Position numbers and translations under genes: made by a program | Notes under the pieces: generated by a model | The model's input: the letters and a program-made list of their open reading frames with translations, nothing else | Databases searched by the model: none | Told to the model about the DNA's origin: nothing | Assembly (NCBI RefSeq): GCF_033153115.1 | Contig: NW_026889774.1 | Coordinates: 26,970,001-27,034,000 of the forward strand | Direction: 5' to 3' | Length of the DNA: 64,000 bases | Source of the DNA: Saccostrea echinata | Taxonomy: Eukaryota | Shown here: piece by piece, positions 13,785 through 27,606 of the stretch | Layout: each line of letters starts with the position of its first letter | How positions within the stretch are numbered: the stretch's first letter is position 1

Positions 13785-14880
13785 TGTTATAGTGTTAGAT
13801 TTATTAATTTATTTAATAAATCTATTATATACTTCATATGCTTTTAATTTGTTAATAAATGAATTGCTATTAAATCTTTAAAGATCAATCCAGTAGAACA
13901 GGCTGTACCTGGACGTAAGTATTATTGCCTTGGGTTATGAAGGTTCTGGTCTTTGGCTGGAAGTATTTTCATTGGTTTGAACTTTGTAAGGTTGTGTTTT
14001 ATTGGTTCAGTATTTTTCCCTCCGAAAGTTGTTGTTTGTTATCCTCATTCTTTTTCCAGTCTTTGAGCAGGAAGGGTTTATGGTTTATATACCAAGTTGT
14101 GTATTTATGACTTTTTGACATTGACGATACGATACTTCTCTCTAAGGTTAGCTAACGTTTATATACTAATTATAATATGATTTCTAATATTTCTAATATT
14201 TTATTTAACTGTAAAGTCTGTAATTCTCCCGAATTTTATTCCATAACATTTTCACAGTAAGGATCTGATTTGAGAGATAACATTTAAGAGGTATCTTTTT
14301 AATTGATAATAGTTTTTATTCTAAATATATAAATACAATGTATTTTTATGATTATAAGTAAACTACGATAATTTGTAGGTTTATGATCTGGAGATACTGT
14401 GAGCCATATTACTGACTATGATCATGATGATGAATGAGAGAGGCTCAGTCCCATAGATAGGTATGATATCAATGTTTTTATATATTTCATGACAATTCTG
14501 AAATAGTAAAGTCTGTGTTGTCATTATAGTAATTAATGGATCAATTTTGTTGTTTAAATGTTTTATTATATTTCAAAACGTATTATTGAAAGGGAGAATT
14601 AATTATGTGTTATTCATGTACAGAGTTACATCAATTTATGCAGCGTTTCTGTTAAATGCAGATTGTAATTACTATATTGATACAGATATAGTAGAATATT
14701 TTATGCTATGTATTTATTATTTTAATTGTTATTATAATTGTTATTATAATTTTTCAGGTCATTTTCCAATTATTTCATAGTCAATTTCAATCAACATATG
14801 TATATCTGTGTAATAAATGGAGATGTCGAACCCTACAACGGACTTATTAACATTTCCATTATAATTAAGACACCGTTACA
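13785..14880 (+). mobile_element. Solo-LTR-like insertion
   Basis: TGTTAT...GTTACA termini, near-TSD CAAT/CAGT, and AATAAA about 65 nt before the 3' end. Shares internal motifs (ttttcattggt..attggttca..tttttccctcc; gaaccct..caac) with 41498..42545. Confidence 0.55.
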
Positions 14881-15649
14881 CAGTAACTAGCACAAAGAAG
14901 ACAGACATTTTATTGCTTGGAAATCAAACATAGTTAAAATATGAAACGTACAATCTCACCTGAGTTGTATGATTCAGTTAACTTCTGATCAAAATAAATG
15001 CACGTATGTTCTTATTATTTCACATTTCCCCAAATCAGCTAATTATTATCAAACTTACCAAAATGCATGGTGAATTAATAAATGGAAAGTCCTTATTATT
15101 ATATGATACTATCTGACCTAAAAGTTTCTAAAGCCAAGATCGACAAGATAAGCAGTTGTTATGATTTACAATGTTAAAGATGAAAATTTAGCTTTTTTGA
15201 GAGCAAGCATATTGACAACACCTCAGTGATCAACATCTTAAAGTGTATAGAAATACAATTTATGAAAGCTTTTTCATTTTTTTATGAGTGTATATAAATA
15301 AATGTCTAAGAAATTGATAATGTGTTTGAAATGCTTTCATCATTTCATGACACTGAATTGAGCAAATTACTTATTACAGTTTATTTCCTCTTGACAAAAC
15401 TTAACAGTTTGAGTGCGTCTTTGTCGTATCTCAGAATGTATTCAAGAAAACTCAGAATATCTGCAGAGAATTTCAATCATTTTATCAAACAGGTACCAAA
15501 AATTAATTATCACACCTACCAGCAGATACTGTTTCATCCTGGACATAAGTGTAAAAGTCTTAACATTAATACATTGGTATTTTCCATTTCACTCACACTG
15601 AACTCCATCCTTTATGACTATATTCAATTGTAACCGCCTAGCTGAAATG

Positions 15650-15760
15650 ATTGATTAATTGATTGTATGCTGTTTCACGTCCTGTTCGAGAATCTTTCAC
15701 TCAAATAGAGACGTCACAATATACCGGTGTAGGGTTTCAAATTTAGACCTTTCCTCGGAA
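15650..15760 (-). mobile_element. SINE 3'-end fragment
   Basis: gattgattgtatg..cgtcc..tcgagaat.tttcactca..tagagacgtcac..taccggtg.agggtttcaaattt.gaccttt matches the reverse complement of the 45990-46085 tail. Confidence 0.7.
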
Positions 15761-18094
15761 TAGTTGCTACCTAATGTTTATCAATTTAGGTCAGTCAATC
15801 AATCAATCAATCAGTTTATTTGCTCAAACCATACAACATGGTACATGAGGAACATAAAGTATATACCTTTTTATATATAAAGTAAAATAAATATCTTAAA
15901 GCTACATGTAAAAAGGATAGACATATAGTAATAGCAGTCGCGACAGGGGCTCGAACCCACTTCCTTCCAATCACCCTAGCTAAAATGACCTTTAACTGAT
16001 AATCAGAGGCCTTTAATACTTTTGTTTCAATTTTCCAGCCATTTCACGCTAAATTGAACTTGCCAATTGATGTAGAAATGGTGCCTCTTGTACCAAGACA
16101 TAACTTTTCAAAAGTCCATCTCTCATCAAGAATGCATGGAATCTGCCAGTTTCTGCCTGATTCCATCCATATTTTACGGGGAATTTGCCTGAAAAATTCG
16201 CACAGGAATGTATATCCTTTGCACTTGTTGTTATGCGATAACTCGTGTATATCATTGCGTAACATTTTCAAATAATTCTATGCAAAGAACTTTACTATAA
16301 TGGAAGAGGGGGTGTAATGAAATAAAGGTTCATATCACATTTCCGTTTGTAAGGGTGTTTTTAGTCCTTTAACAGTCCTAAAAGGGTGTATCTAGCAACT
16401 TTTGAAAGGGGAGGTCCATGGTGATGCCCCCTCCCACACTCAAACATAGATTCACACGCGCAGGAAGAGAAAAATTATTTAAGGCCGAGTTAACTTACAT
16501 CTTTTGTTTTACGTCCCTTAACTCTTTGAAAAGTACCCTCCAGTCAAAATAAAATCAAACACATTCCAAAATCAACTGTACATAGGCATAAAAATGAATT
16601 CATTTGCAGTATTTCAAAAACAAAAATTGTTGAGAATTTGAGAAACTTGTGTTTGTATTTTTTTTTAACTGGACTTTTCTGAAACCCACCAGGAGACGTA
16701 AAACAAATAAATAATTAAATAACTTATTTAAGAGATGATCCGATAATGGTATATAACTAAAGATTGCCGGAGTCTGATATCAAATTGAATCTCGCATATT
16801 ACTTATCATATATTGAAATATACAGAATATTTTTTACCATTTACTTATAAATAAATAAAAACGCCTCTCTTCCTCTATCCATCTCTCTCATTCTCTCACC
16901 TCTCTCTCTTTTTCCCTTTGCTTGGCAAAAAATGAAGAAGGGTTCCAACCCCAGGACCCCCCCCCTCTCAGAATCCACCAATGCCTTAACGGAGGCCTCT
17001 TTGACTCTGTGAGTTTTCTGGTCTATCGAGATTTCAGGAAACTTTCTCTTGTTTTATGATGTTTATTTGGAATAATGCTAGAAATTGATATTATATTTAG
17101 TGATTATCTTATCTCAACACAGTATTAAACCAATCAAACAACGTACGCAAACAGAAAACAATGCAAAAATAATCAGGGTACTACATAATTTTATTTATGA
17201 TGCGCATACAGCTTGAATTTGATAACAAAATATAAGAACTCCTTATACATGCCATTACTTATTACATGTATTTAATTATTAGAAATTCAAATAAGGAGTA
17301 CACAGCAATTAAGTAACGTATTTCCAACTCGGCTTACGTCGCTTCTTAACCTAATGCTTCTATTGCTTTTGATAAGGCGAAATCGATTTACTATAGGAAG
17401 GAATAAAGATGTTCAAAACAACTTTAGATATTTCCGAGATTTATTGCGTATTTCTTTCCGACTGCAGTTTGGTCTTGACGGCACGGCTGTCCGTCTGTAA
17501 CTGATTAACAACTCCTCGAGTTTGAGCAAAACAAAATAAACACAAAAAAGAAGCAAGTGTCACACAAAGAGATGAGATGAAAGGTTGACATTCTTAGATA
17601 AACAATTAAATCAACATATCAAATACAAAAGCATTGTTACTAAATTCACCCGTAAATCCTTGTCGTGGTTAAGGTGTGAAAATTACCTAAACTCTGTTTA
17701 ACGCCAATTGATAATTCGATTAATTCTAAATGATTCTCATGGAATGTAAGATATTTTGCTGAACAACCAAAGGATCAGAATGTTTTCCTAAACATATTAC
17801 AATATAGCTGCAAGAAAAATTAAGTAACCAAACAGAAATTGAAATGACGGTAAACGTTTAGAATCTAATTTTTTTTGTCATCACCACACATGTACAGATG
17901 TATCAATTGAAAGTAAAGTTTGGTGATTCTTGATGAAGACAATCTTTTTTAAAACTCTCGCAATTTCATACAAACGAATTCAACAAATTTGCACTCTATA
18001 CATACATTTTACGATTTGTATTAAACACTTGGAATTCCCTCCTATGATCCCATACATGTGAATGAATTCCATGATAATTTATGTATACTACAGT

Positions 18095-19575
18095 TTACAT
18101 CCTGTATTGAAATACTTTGACAATTCCTTCACGGTATCCCACCCACAGTGTAGACTTGTACAATGATAATCTGGATGGACAGTACACTTCATTGTCTGCC
18201 AGTAAGAACTTCAGGAAATCGCCGTCAGGACTCAGCAGATGGATCTGTTTGTTGTTAAAGTCTGTAACTAGAATGTTACAAAGGGAGTCAGACACTACAT
18301 CAATTGGATCAAAGTTCTTTGTCAGACTCCGTCCACGGTACACAGACTTTATATGACCAGAGGGAGACATAATCACTAGTTCTCCAGAAGAGTCACTTGT
18401 ACGGTTCACAACACAGATATCGCGGTTACTTATCAGTGTGACTCTGTATGGATATGTAAACAGTCTTGTCTGACCGTCCTCCTGGTACTCATATTCATGG
18501 ACGTCACCTGTCATTCTGATGCGTCTTACCAGACGTCTGCTGTGTGAGTCTAATTTGTAATTATCTGATTCCCTGTCTATCAAGGTAACCAGTAGTCCAC
18601 CATCCACTGACTGACAGATCCCTATTGGTACCAGAGGATCTGTATATATGACTATAGAGACAGATCTTGATGGTGACAGACGGCTCATGGAATTGCTAAT
18701 AAACTCAGTAAAATAAACATCGCCATTATCAGTCACACACATGTCATTAGGAGAGATACTAAATTTATGTTCTTCTATGCCTTGCTGATTGACTTTTTCT
18801 ATATATTTTGATCCAAATTCATGTATGTAACATTGGTCTTCACTGAATGTCTCCAAGGAAAGTATTGTTTTATCTCCATATTGAAATGAGTTTATTTGAG
18901 TTACATCGATATTATCCAAGTCCAATGTCTTTCCAACAAAGTGCTCGATTGAGTTAACATTGATTTCACCTTTAATGAACCTCAATGAGTGTTCACAGTT
19001 TGTGGAATGAACCTCCAATTCAGACACATTTTTGTCAGTTCTCTGTGGTTGTCAATCAAGCTGTAATTGGACATTTTGCAGTTGTTCTCCTCCATGAATT
19101 CCACTGTGTTAACAATTCCTCTCTTCCTCTTGTCCAGCTCAGATTTCTCTTGGTTCAATTTATCATTCTTTTTAACAAGATTGTCTTTCAATGTTCTTTC
19201 ATGACGCTGTAAGATTTTTACCAGTCTGGCTAGTAGTGCTTCACAATGCTTATGTAGCCCTTTAATCTCAGAATCACAAAGTTCATTATTTTCTATGATC
19301 TTTTGTGAAATCTTCTCTATTTTCTCATCAATTCCAGGCAGATCCTCTTCCTTGATCTTTGTTAGATATTTAAGCAGACCTCTCCTCTTTTCGGTCGCTG
19401 CTGTAGATAGACTCTTCCATTCGTGATCTCTATGATCTGTTTTGGCACACTTATTACAAATGAATTTATCACAGTCCTCACATATTGTATTAATAGGTAA
19501 ATCATGGGTTTCACACATTTTATTGTCCTCTAGAGGAGAACCCATTAGATATTCTTTTGAGAAACTTTCAGTCAT
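18095..19575 (-). pseudogene. TRIM-like gene copy 4, single 1-bp frameshift
   Basis: ORFs 18982..19575 and 18095..19027 overlap. cagacacatttt at ~19021-19032 versus paralog cagacagcatttt shows one missing base; otherwise the frame is open. Confidence 0.85.
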
Positions 19576-20243
19576 GATTGTCGTTACAACCCAACGTTGT
19601 TGGGCTAGTGTGCGCTTGTTTATATCAATAATTTAATATATATTATCTTGATTGTAAAGTTGAACTTTAATCTCAAGATGAAACTTACCATAATTGAGAA
19701 TGCACGTAATAGGAAGTTCAAATGAAGCACCATTGCCCTCTTTCAAGGATAGATATCTTTTAAATAGGGAATATTTGGTGGCATTATTTAATCATCTAAA
19801 GGTTGCTCGGCGAAAAAGATAAAACTTATGTGAAAACTTACAAATATTGTGTTCATTCAATTTTAATCGAGTATGTAGTTCCTAGGGGTTAAAGGTTGGG
19901 ACACAGTAGGCATTTGATTTTTTACACAGAAAATACAAAAAAAAAAAATCTCAAGAACAGCAGGGTCCTGATAAGTTATAATAATAAACAAGCATTTTCA
20001 AGTAGAGAAAATTGACCACTTGAGTTGGATTGGGCCAAAATACCAGTAGTGGGGATCACAGCTTTTCAAAGGAATATGCAGGACATAAATTTTAAAATCT
20101 TATCAAGAACAGCAGATTGAGCCCTGATAAGTCATATCAATAATCATGTAATCTCACATAGTGCAGATTCATAATTATTTGAAACATGGCCCCAGGAATA
20201 AGGTGGGCCTTTAATAGGGGGTCAAAGTGTAACGTGTAAAATA

Positions 20244-20410
20244 CAGTCTATCTCGTTATCTCGAACTCAATTTGACCCGAGAAAAAAGCTCGAGATATCC
20301 AAGGATTCGAGGTATTGAGGGTAAAATACTTTAAGTATAAATTATTGGGACATTCAAATTACCTTGGCATATACATGGTATCCGAGATATCAGATACCAA
20401 AGTTCAACTG
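20244..20410. mobile_element. pogo/Tc1-mariner-type MITE
   Basis: TA|CAGT...ACTG|TA termini with internal ATCTCG/CGAGAT inverted motifs. Confidence 0.65.
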
Positions 20411-22438
20411 TATATAGGGAAAAAATTATAAATATTCTTCTCAAATACACCAATGCCTTGATTAAAAATATTACTACATATGCATCCCCATGACCCCAGG
20501 GGTAGAGCGGGGCCATAATATGGGACCAAAATTTAACATATTAATAAAATAGGATAAAATTTCTAAAAACCCTCTTTTCAAGGACAGCAAGACCATGACC
20601 ATACAACCATCCGCAGAAAATGCAAAATCCAGTTATCTTCTTCCAATCATGACCCCTTGGGATGAAAAAAAAATGGGGAAACAGAAGGAGGAAACACATG
20701 TAAATATATAGGGAAAATCTTTTTAAAATCTTCCTGTCATAAGAAAAGCAGTGCCGAAATAATCATGCCAATATATATGCAAATATTCTTAGTACATGTA
20801 TTTGCAGATTCTTTGTTCAAATCAAGCTTAAGTCGAGGCGATAGGGTGGAGCAACATTAAGAATTGAAGTTTATTTCGAAGGTCATACATGTAGGTCCAA
20901 GCCCCAGTCATGACAAACTTAATTCAGTATATAAAAAGGGTATATGTAGCAACTTTTTCTTTGCAAAGCACTTAGGGTTAAAAGTAGAAGGTTTAGATTT
21001 TTTAGATGAGACCATGACTGGCGTTGACATGCTTTAGAACCTTCGCTGCTCAATGGCCCTGAGTACTGAGTAAAGGTCTATTTAAAGTCCTATATATACC
21101 AGTTTTTGGTGATGTCTCATATGAGCAAAATAATTTTGCAAGGGGTTGCAAAAATCAATCAATGTCCATCTTTCATGAGACTCATTTGCTTTATCTATTC
21201 ATATATATTTAAAAACATGAAACAGTTCACCAACTCTTCATGACAATTCTCAAAATGCGATGGTGATCTGTTTTATGTTTTAACATCAATTCTCTGTAAG
21301 GACCAAAAATGCTTGGCCACGCACTATCGTGGAATTTTATTTTATCACTATAATATTAGAGAGTGCCCTATATAAAGACTATTGGTGGGTAAATTTTGGG
21401 CAGTACCTCCTTGGTTTCCATAGCAACGACTTTGAAATATTTTGTTATGGCAAAACTGACCTGATTGTCATAACCATGTAAAATAATTCCGTGCTTCCTT
21501 AATGTAGGAAAGTTATGAACATAACATAGTTTTCATTTTATAGCTAAGTAATCAAAGTTTCTGTGCATCTAAATTTTATTCAATTTAACCCAAGGTTTTT
21601 AATATGATACGGATCAATTTACATGAATTTGTCATAAAAATGAATACAAAGGTGCCTATTTCTTGATATCCACATAAATTTTTGCAGGCAATTGAAACTT
21701 AGAAAAAAGATCTTTTTAGTAAGATCGAGCTTAGATCTAAAAGATGCAAAAAGATTTAGTTGGGAAAATCAGTTAAAAGTTATATTCCAATCCCCTCAAA
21801 TTATAACTTTTCCTAAAATTTAACCTAGAGTTATTTCCCTTTCCTGACTCTTTTGCACTGAAAACAAAAAAATTAAACTGGTGTTATTTCCCTTTGTTGA
21901 CTCTCCTGTATTGAAGTCTAAAGAAGTTTATAACAACATGTGGCAAAAACAGACGCCAGAAAAGTAAATATGAATCAATAACAGAAAAATGATGTGTTTT
22001 TCAACTTTTCAAAATGGAATTCAAGTGTGAATGGCAAAGTACTTTGTACTCTAAAACCCATGAGAAAAATGCAAGATACAATTTGAGGAAAACAACAAGC
22101 AGAAGATACGGCAGTCAGTGTTAGAACAACCCTAGGCACAGGTATATATTTTTATGTTTTCAAATATTCATTTTTTATAAATACTACATGTTAGAAGCTT
22201 TTTCAAATAAACTGACATAATTTTTAAATTAAATATTCTTTTTATATAATAGACTTAAGTGGTCTATATTCAAAGATCACCATGTTAGCAGGGCATTCCA
22301 GATATATATCTTATTAATATATTTGCATTAAAGGAATTTGTGCTTGCTTCAGAAAGCAACTTACTTTGGCAAATCATAACTACAAAGTTTATCAAAAGGA
22401 GGAGAATGTTATAGAAGATGTAAGTTTGTATGTAATGA

Positions 22439-22599
22439 NNNNNNNNNNNNNNNNNNNNNNNNNNNNNNNNNNNNNNNNNNNNNNNNNNNNNNNNNNNNNN
22501 NNNNNNNNNNNNNNNNNNNNNNNNNNNNNNNNNNNNNNNNNNNNNNNNNNNNNNNNNNNNNNNNNNNNNNNNNNNNNNNNNNNNNNNNNNNNNNNNNNN
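22439..22599. other. Assembly gap
   Basis: Run of N. Confidence 1.
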
Positions 22600-23346
22600 A
22601 AAATCTGATTTGGCTTAAAAATTAGTAGGTGTATTGGGTAAAAATTAGAGATGGTCGACTTAACGGAAACACATAATTTTTTTTTAGTCTAAAAAGAAGT
22701 CATACAATTCAGATTCACTGTAAAAGAACAAAATATTTAACTGCAGCTAAAAATATATACACATTAATAAGATATAAATACAATATACCCATGTAAATGT
22801 ATGTATTCATGATTGACAATAAGAATGAATTTCTTAAATTTGAAAAAAAATATTTTAAACATATTTTAGATGTACTGGTGCTTTGAAAAGAAAAAAGAAG
22901 ATGAACAGATACACAGAGAAATATTTTCAGTAAAAAGCAGGTGATTTTTTTTAATATAACAATTGTCTGGATATGGAAATGAATAGCATTTTTCATTTTT
23001 TAATGCCACCTACCACAATGAATTTATCAAATCTTTTATAAAAGTCATGATTTTGACAAATTCTGGGGGTGTAGTAATTATGAAAAGAAATACAAATTGG
23101 AGTAGGTGATGGTAAATTGTTTCAGATACTTTTATCTTGCAATTGGCTACAATGAAAATACTGTATGTGTACATAAATTGGCGTATTCAAAATTTAGCGC
23201 AATCACTGGGTATGGAGTGGTTAGTGTAATCATGAATTAGCATTACAGACGTCTACGCCATATATTGTATTTATTTCTGATTTATTTACGGTATTCATTA
23301 ATTAGCGCATTGTTGTCTGCGCCAAAAGCGATAAAATATGAAAAAC

Positions 23347-23614
23347 AGGTGCTTGGGGACCCCCCCCTCCCCCGCGTTCCGTACCCCAAGGGTTCTCCCC
23401 GACTTTTTTTTATATAAAATATTTTTCTATGACACATTCACAAAGTATTACAATTGAAAAATCCAAAATATAACCTAAACTAACCTTTTATAAAAATTCA
23501 TACTCTCTGATACTAAAAGTTTTAAAAATATTTTTATTATATAAAAAAAGTCGGGGAGAACCCTTGGGGTATGGAACGCGGAAGGGGGGGGGGGGGTCCC
23601 GTCCCCAAGCACCT
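23347..23614. mobile_element. Foldback MITE with ~75-bp TIRs
   Basis: aggtgcttggggac..cgcgttccgtaccccaagggttctccccgactttttt is mirrored at ~23542-23614. It interrupts a TACTGTA-type MITE starting at ~23159. Confidence 0.8.
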
Positions 23615-26600
23615 AGTGATATGAAGCCTGCTTTTTTTAAGTACAAATGCAGGAATTTTGAGGCAATTTATTTCGAGGTGTAAATACTAACTACTAGTTT
23701 AGAATTACATGTATATACATTTTAATAATATGTTTTTATGCTTGCATTTGTTATCACATGAAAAATGTAGTAGATATTAAACAATTGATGTTTAATTGAA
23801 GTATACATGTATATGTTTTTTTTATTCCAGGGGAAAAGATGAAGATGATTATTTCAAGTATCACTTTTCATACCCATTTAAAATTCTTCTTGACTGGTCA
23901 GACACAACACCACATAATGGTCAACCTCTGATGTAAAGAGAAATCATGGAAACATCAAGCCTAGCTGTTTCTATTGTCTTCAAAATTGTTATATAACAGC
24001 TATTTTCTACATTTTATGTATCTCTAACTACACATTTTGGATAATGTTTACATGTAGATTCTTGCTTGATTAATAATTTGAAAAAAAAAGTTTTTCAAAG
24101 TAATGATAAAATTATACATATACACATGAATATGTGTATGTTTTCTGATTGTAAGACTATACATTAATGGTTTTATTTTTAATGGGGTATTAATTCATGG
24201 TCAGTCTAAATAATTCTAAATTTCTTTAACCAAATAGAATTAATATATAAAGATATGCATCTGCATGGGAACAAGCAAAATTTAAATGGAGGAAATCAAC
24301 ATAAGCTTATCAAATACTAAACCTGCTAAATTAATATCTACCTACCTATGTATGAAAAAGTAACAATTTATTATCTATTTATTATTTTTTGGTTGAAAAA
24401 GTATCATTAGAGTTTTTATCCATTATCTTTTTCCATTGTTTATCTAGTATTATTGTAATGTTGTTTACTGAAATAAGTTCAGTGAAAAGTTGAATAGCTA
24501 ATTTTCTTTAAATTTTGAGTTATCTGCCCTTTGTAAAGGATCATAGAGAAACAATAATAATTCAATTAATTTAGTTTTATCTTATTTATTATCTTTAATA
24601 ATGTATATTAATCATTCGGTTTGTCTTATTTATTAGTGAGAAAAATGTTTGGAAAAGAAATTTTATAAAACAACCAGTGTCTACTAACATTTTGAACAAA
24701 ATATTATTTGGCAAAATGCCAATTTTCGAAGTTAAAAATATCGAAAACGAAATAAATTCCCACTCTACTTTTCATAAAAGTTAACTAATATTATTATGGA
24801 GTTTTTAAAATTTCAGGTGATTTTTTCTTGAATTGCCTGCATTTCTTTAGAGACTTCTTGAAATATAGGGTAAAAATGACCATTTTCAAAATGTAAGAAT
24901 TTGGTCATCTTCAAGCCATCAATTGAAGAATTTGCAGCGACTTGTAGAATTTTTTGTTATTGTGTTATATAATGCTTCATTTGTTCTATTCATATAATGT
25001 ATGAATTATCTCAAAATAGTAAAGATGATTAAATCACATGAAATCAAGTATATAGCATTTTTATGCTTGAATTGAGAGGAAATGGGGCAAAAATCTATAT
25101 TAGCCCCTTACCATGGCAACCAAGGTAGTAACCTTAATTTTGAATGTTGATTATGTCATAATGTATGGGCATTAATCACCTGAAAAAGTTTCATGAAAAT
25201 CGCTCATGGTGTGTGCCACAGCCCTACAGTAAAATTTTGGTCCTTATAGAGAATTGATGTCAAAGTTTACAACTTTACCTACAGACCCTACTAAATATCT
25301 TCCTGTATCCACTCTAGGGAATTCTCTGCAATTTGAACCTTTAAAAAGGTGTTGGTCTCCAGTTTTTCTTTCTTTTGCAACCATATCTATTATTGAAGGT
25401 CTCATAAGACTTACAGCTATTAACATACATACATGTAAATTAGAACAGTGAAAATTAACGTCAATCTATCTCTTCAGGAGTTAAGAACAATCATGAATGA
25501 ATGTATGTGAAACTTTAAAACAAATTGTATTACTTTAATCATATGTTGGGGCAAACAGGAACTAGAGGAAAATGTTTTTTCATGAATCCTATAGAAATCA
25601 TTTCACTTTGTTCCTTATATGGATATAAGGAATCTCGGTTGTAAGGAAACAATATTTGAGGTCTTATTGTCTTTATTATATTCAAGTTTTACTGTAGCTT
25701 GCGATTGAATATATATACATGTACTACTCAATAATCTTTGATACAATTAATTTCCAAAATCAAGAGTTTATGGAAAGAACTTATCAAAGTTTTAGTACTA
25801 TGTACATATGCACCTGTCAATACATTCTCAGCAGTTGATTCTCTCAATAAAATAACTTCGGTATTGTACCTGAACTAGCAAAAAACCGGATGTTATATGT
25901 CTCTATCTTATAGAGAAAAACCCTTATCATTCATATGTCCAATGTTTGTCTCGGAATATTTCCAAAGAATTTCTTTTCCAAGTTTTGTTTATAAAACTTT
26001 CAAGAGTTGTCGCTGGGAAATCAAATTTCTTTTACGGTGCCCGCATCCCTATTTCTGTCGTACATGTAGTTGTCGTGATCATCACAGTCATAGGCCAGTA
26101 GGGATGCTTTGGGTGCCAAAAGTAAAAGTAGCAGCTTCACAAGTAATCTCTGTATTTAATCCCCTGTTAAATGAAAGATCATTCATAACTCACTGATCAT
26201 TTAATGTTTTTATTTCTAAGAAAAAACAAAAGCTGCAAATATCATGATTTAAATGATGTTTCACCATAATAATGCTTGGCTATTCAATTGACTAACATCC
26301 TTTTTTAAAATGGATCAGGACAAGAAATCATATGTGGTATCTCCGTGATAGTAATTAAAAAACCTTTGTTTTTCATCGTGAATAACACGTTTGAAGTTTG
26401 ACTGAAAATGACGTACTGTGGAATCATCATTGTTCGTGAGGTTCAATTAATGTTCGTGGATGACCAAAATTTGACTGGTTCATGGGGATGTAATTTCGTG
26501 GGTAACTTGCATATTCATTTAGTACATAAATACATCAACTGTGTTTAATGTAAGTGTTTCAATGTTCGTGGGGACGTTAATTCGTCGGTAAGGGTTACTC

Positions 26601-26679
26601 ACAAAATCCACACTCATTCCAAGTATTACACCTGTGGATGGTATAGGTAATAAGTGGCTCATACGGAAATTCCTCTAGT

Positions 26680-26970
26680 TCTAGTTTCAGAAAACAATTG
26701 TCAGCACAAACTCAACACCACCTTACCTCCTCTGCTAACCAGGTGACAGGTTGTAACACTGATGTCTGTCTGTCTGTCTGTTCTACCTGACCAGGGACTG
26801 TCTCAGCATGACCAGATTGTATTAAGACAACTGTAATGTACCTCACTCATATGACTCAGGACAGACTTTTTACCCTGAGCTGTGATTAGGGGGCACCTGT
26901 CATCAATGTTAGCAGGTCAGCTTAGTGTCTGTGTGAGTCCCTAACCTTTTACCATTTATCATTAACCAGA
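26680..26970 (-). ncRNA. Composite C/D-H/ACA scaRNA (U87/U88-like), degenerate copy
   Basis: Homolog of 59137..59425 in the last THOC3 intron. Box C is mutated to ATGATAA. Guide TGGTAAAAGG, H box ACATTA, TGAG loop and D box CTGA are retained. Confidence 0.65.
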
Positions 26971-27606
26971 TTCCTACCCTGTACCCCAGAAAGACAAACC
27001 AATATTAATGATACTCACTAATCTACAAATGATTTTTTTTACCAATTCTGAGTACTGAATCAGATACTAAATAACTTGTTGGTAGTAGTTAAAAGCATCA
27101 AATCTAAATCTTTTAAAAAAAATTCAAAGTGATCAAAATAAAATAAAGAGAAAAAAGGAAATATTGGTAGTTGTTATAGTTGGACTTATTTCCCCTTAAG
27201 GACATCTAAGAAGGGCATAATGTACAGGTACCTATAAATAGCCTTTCTGTCGAAACTTTCTAAATTTTTGACAAATCAATTTAAATATACCAGTTGCAAA
27301 TGTTTAAATATTATCCAAATTTTTTACAAACACGGGGAGAAAATTATTCTATAAGATAATAAGATAATCTCCAAAACAAAAAATGTTATATAGATAAACA
27401 GACAGATGGACAAGTTAACTCCAGCCCTATCCATTTATCCATTCCCCTCAATTTCATATAACTTGGGAAAAACTGCTTATTTAGTTCATCTACATGTATC
27501 TGGAGAACTGTCAGAAACTTGGTGTATGTTACACTTTATCATCATTAAAATGAATCTGTATGTTGTTTTTTTTTCTCACCTGAGTCCACCTCCGCGACGT
27601 CTATAT

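Larger units (their letters stand above)
21284..25259. mobile_element. Unclassified ~4-kb TIR DNA element (non-autonomous or decayed; contains a gap)
   Basis: TIR CATCAATTCTCT(G/A)TAAGGACCAAAA at both ends. Subterminal inverted ccttggtt..cat motif. Flanks TTAA/TCAA. Confidence 0.7.

Noticed and set aside
22366-22608. ORFs spanning N-runs (also 40753-41016)
   Set aside because: Artefacts of assembly gaps.
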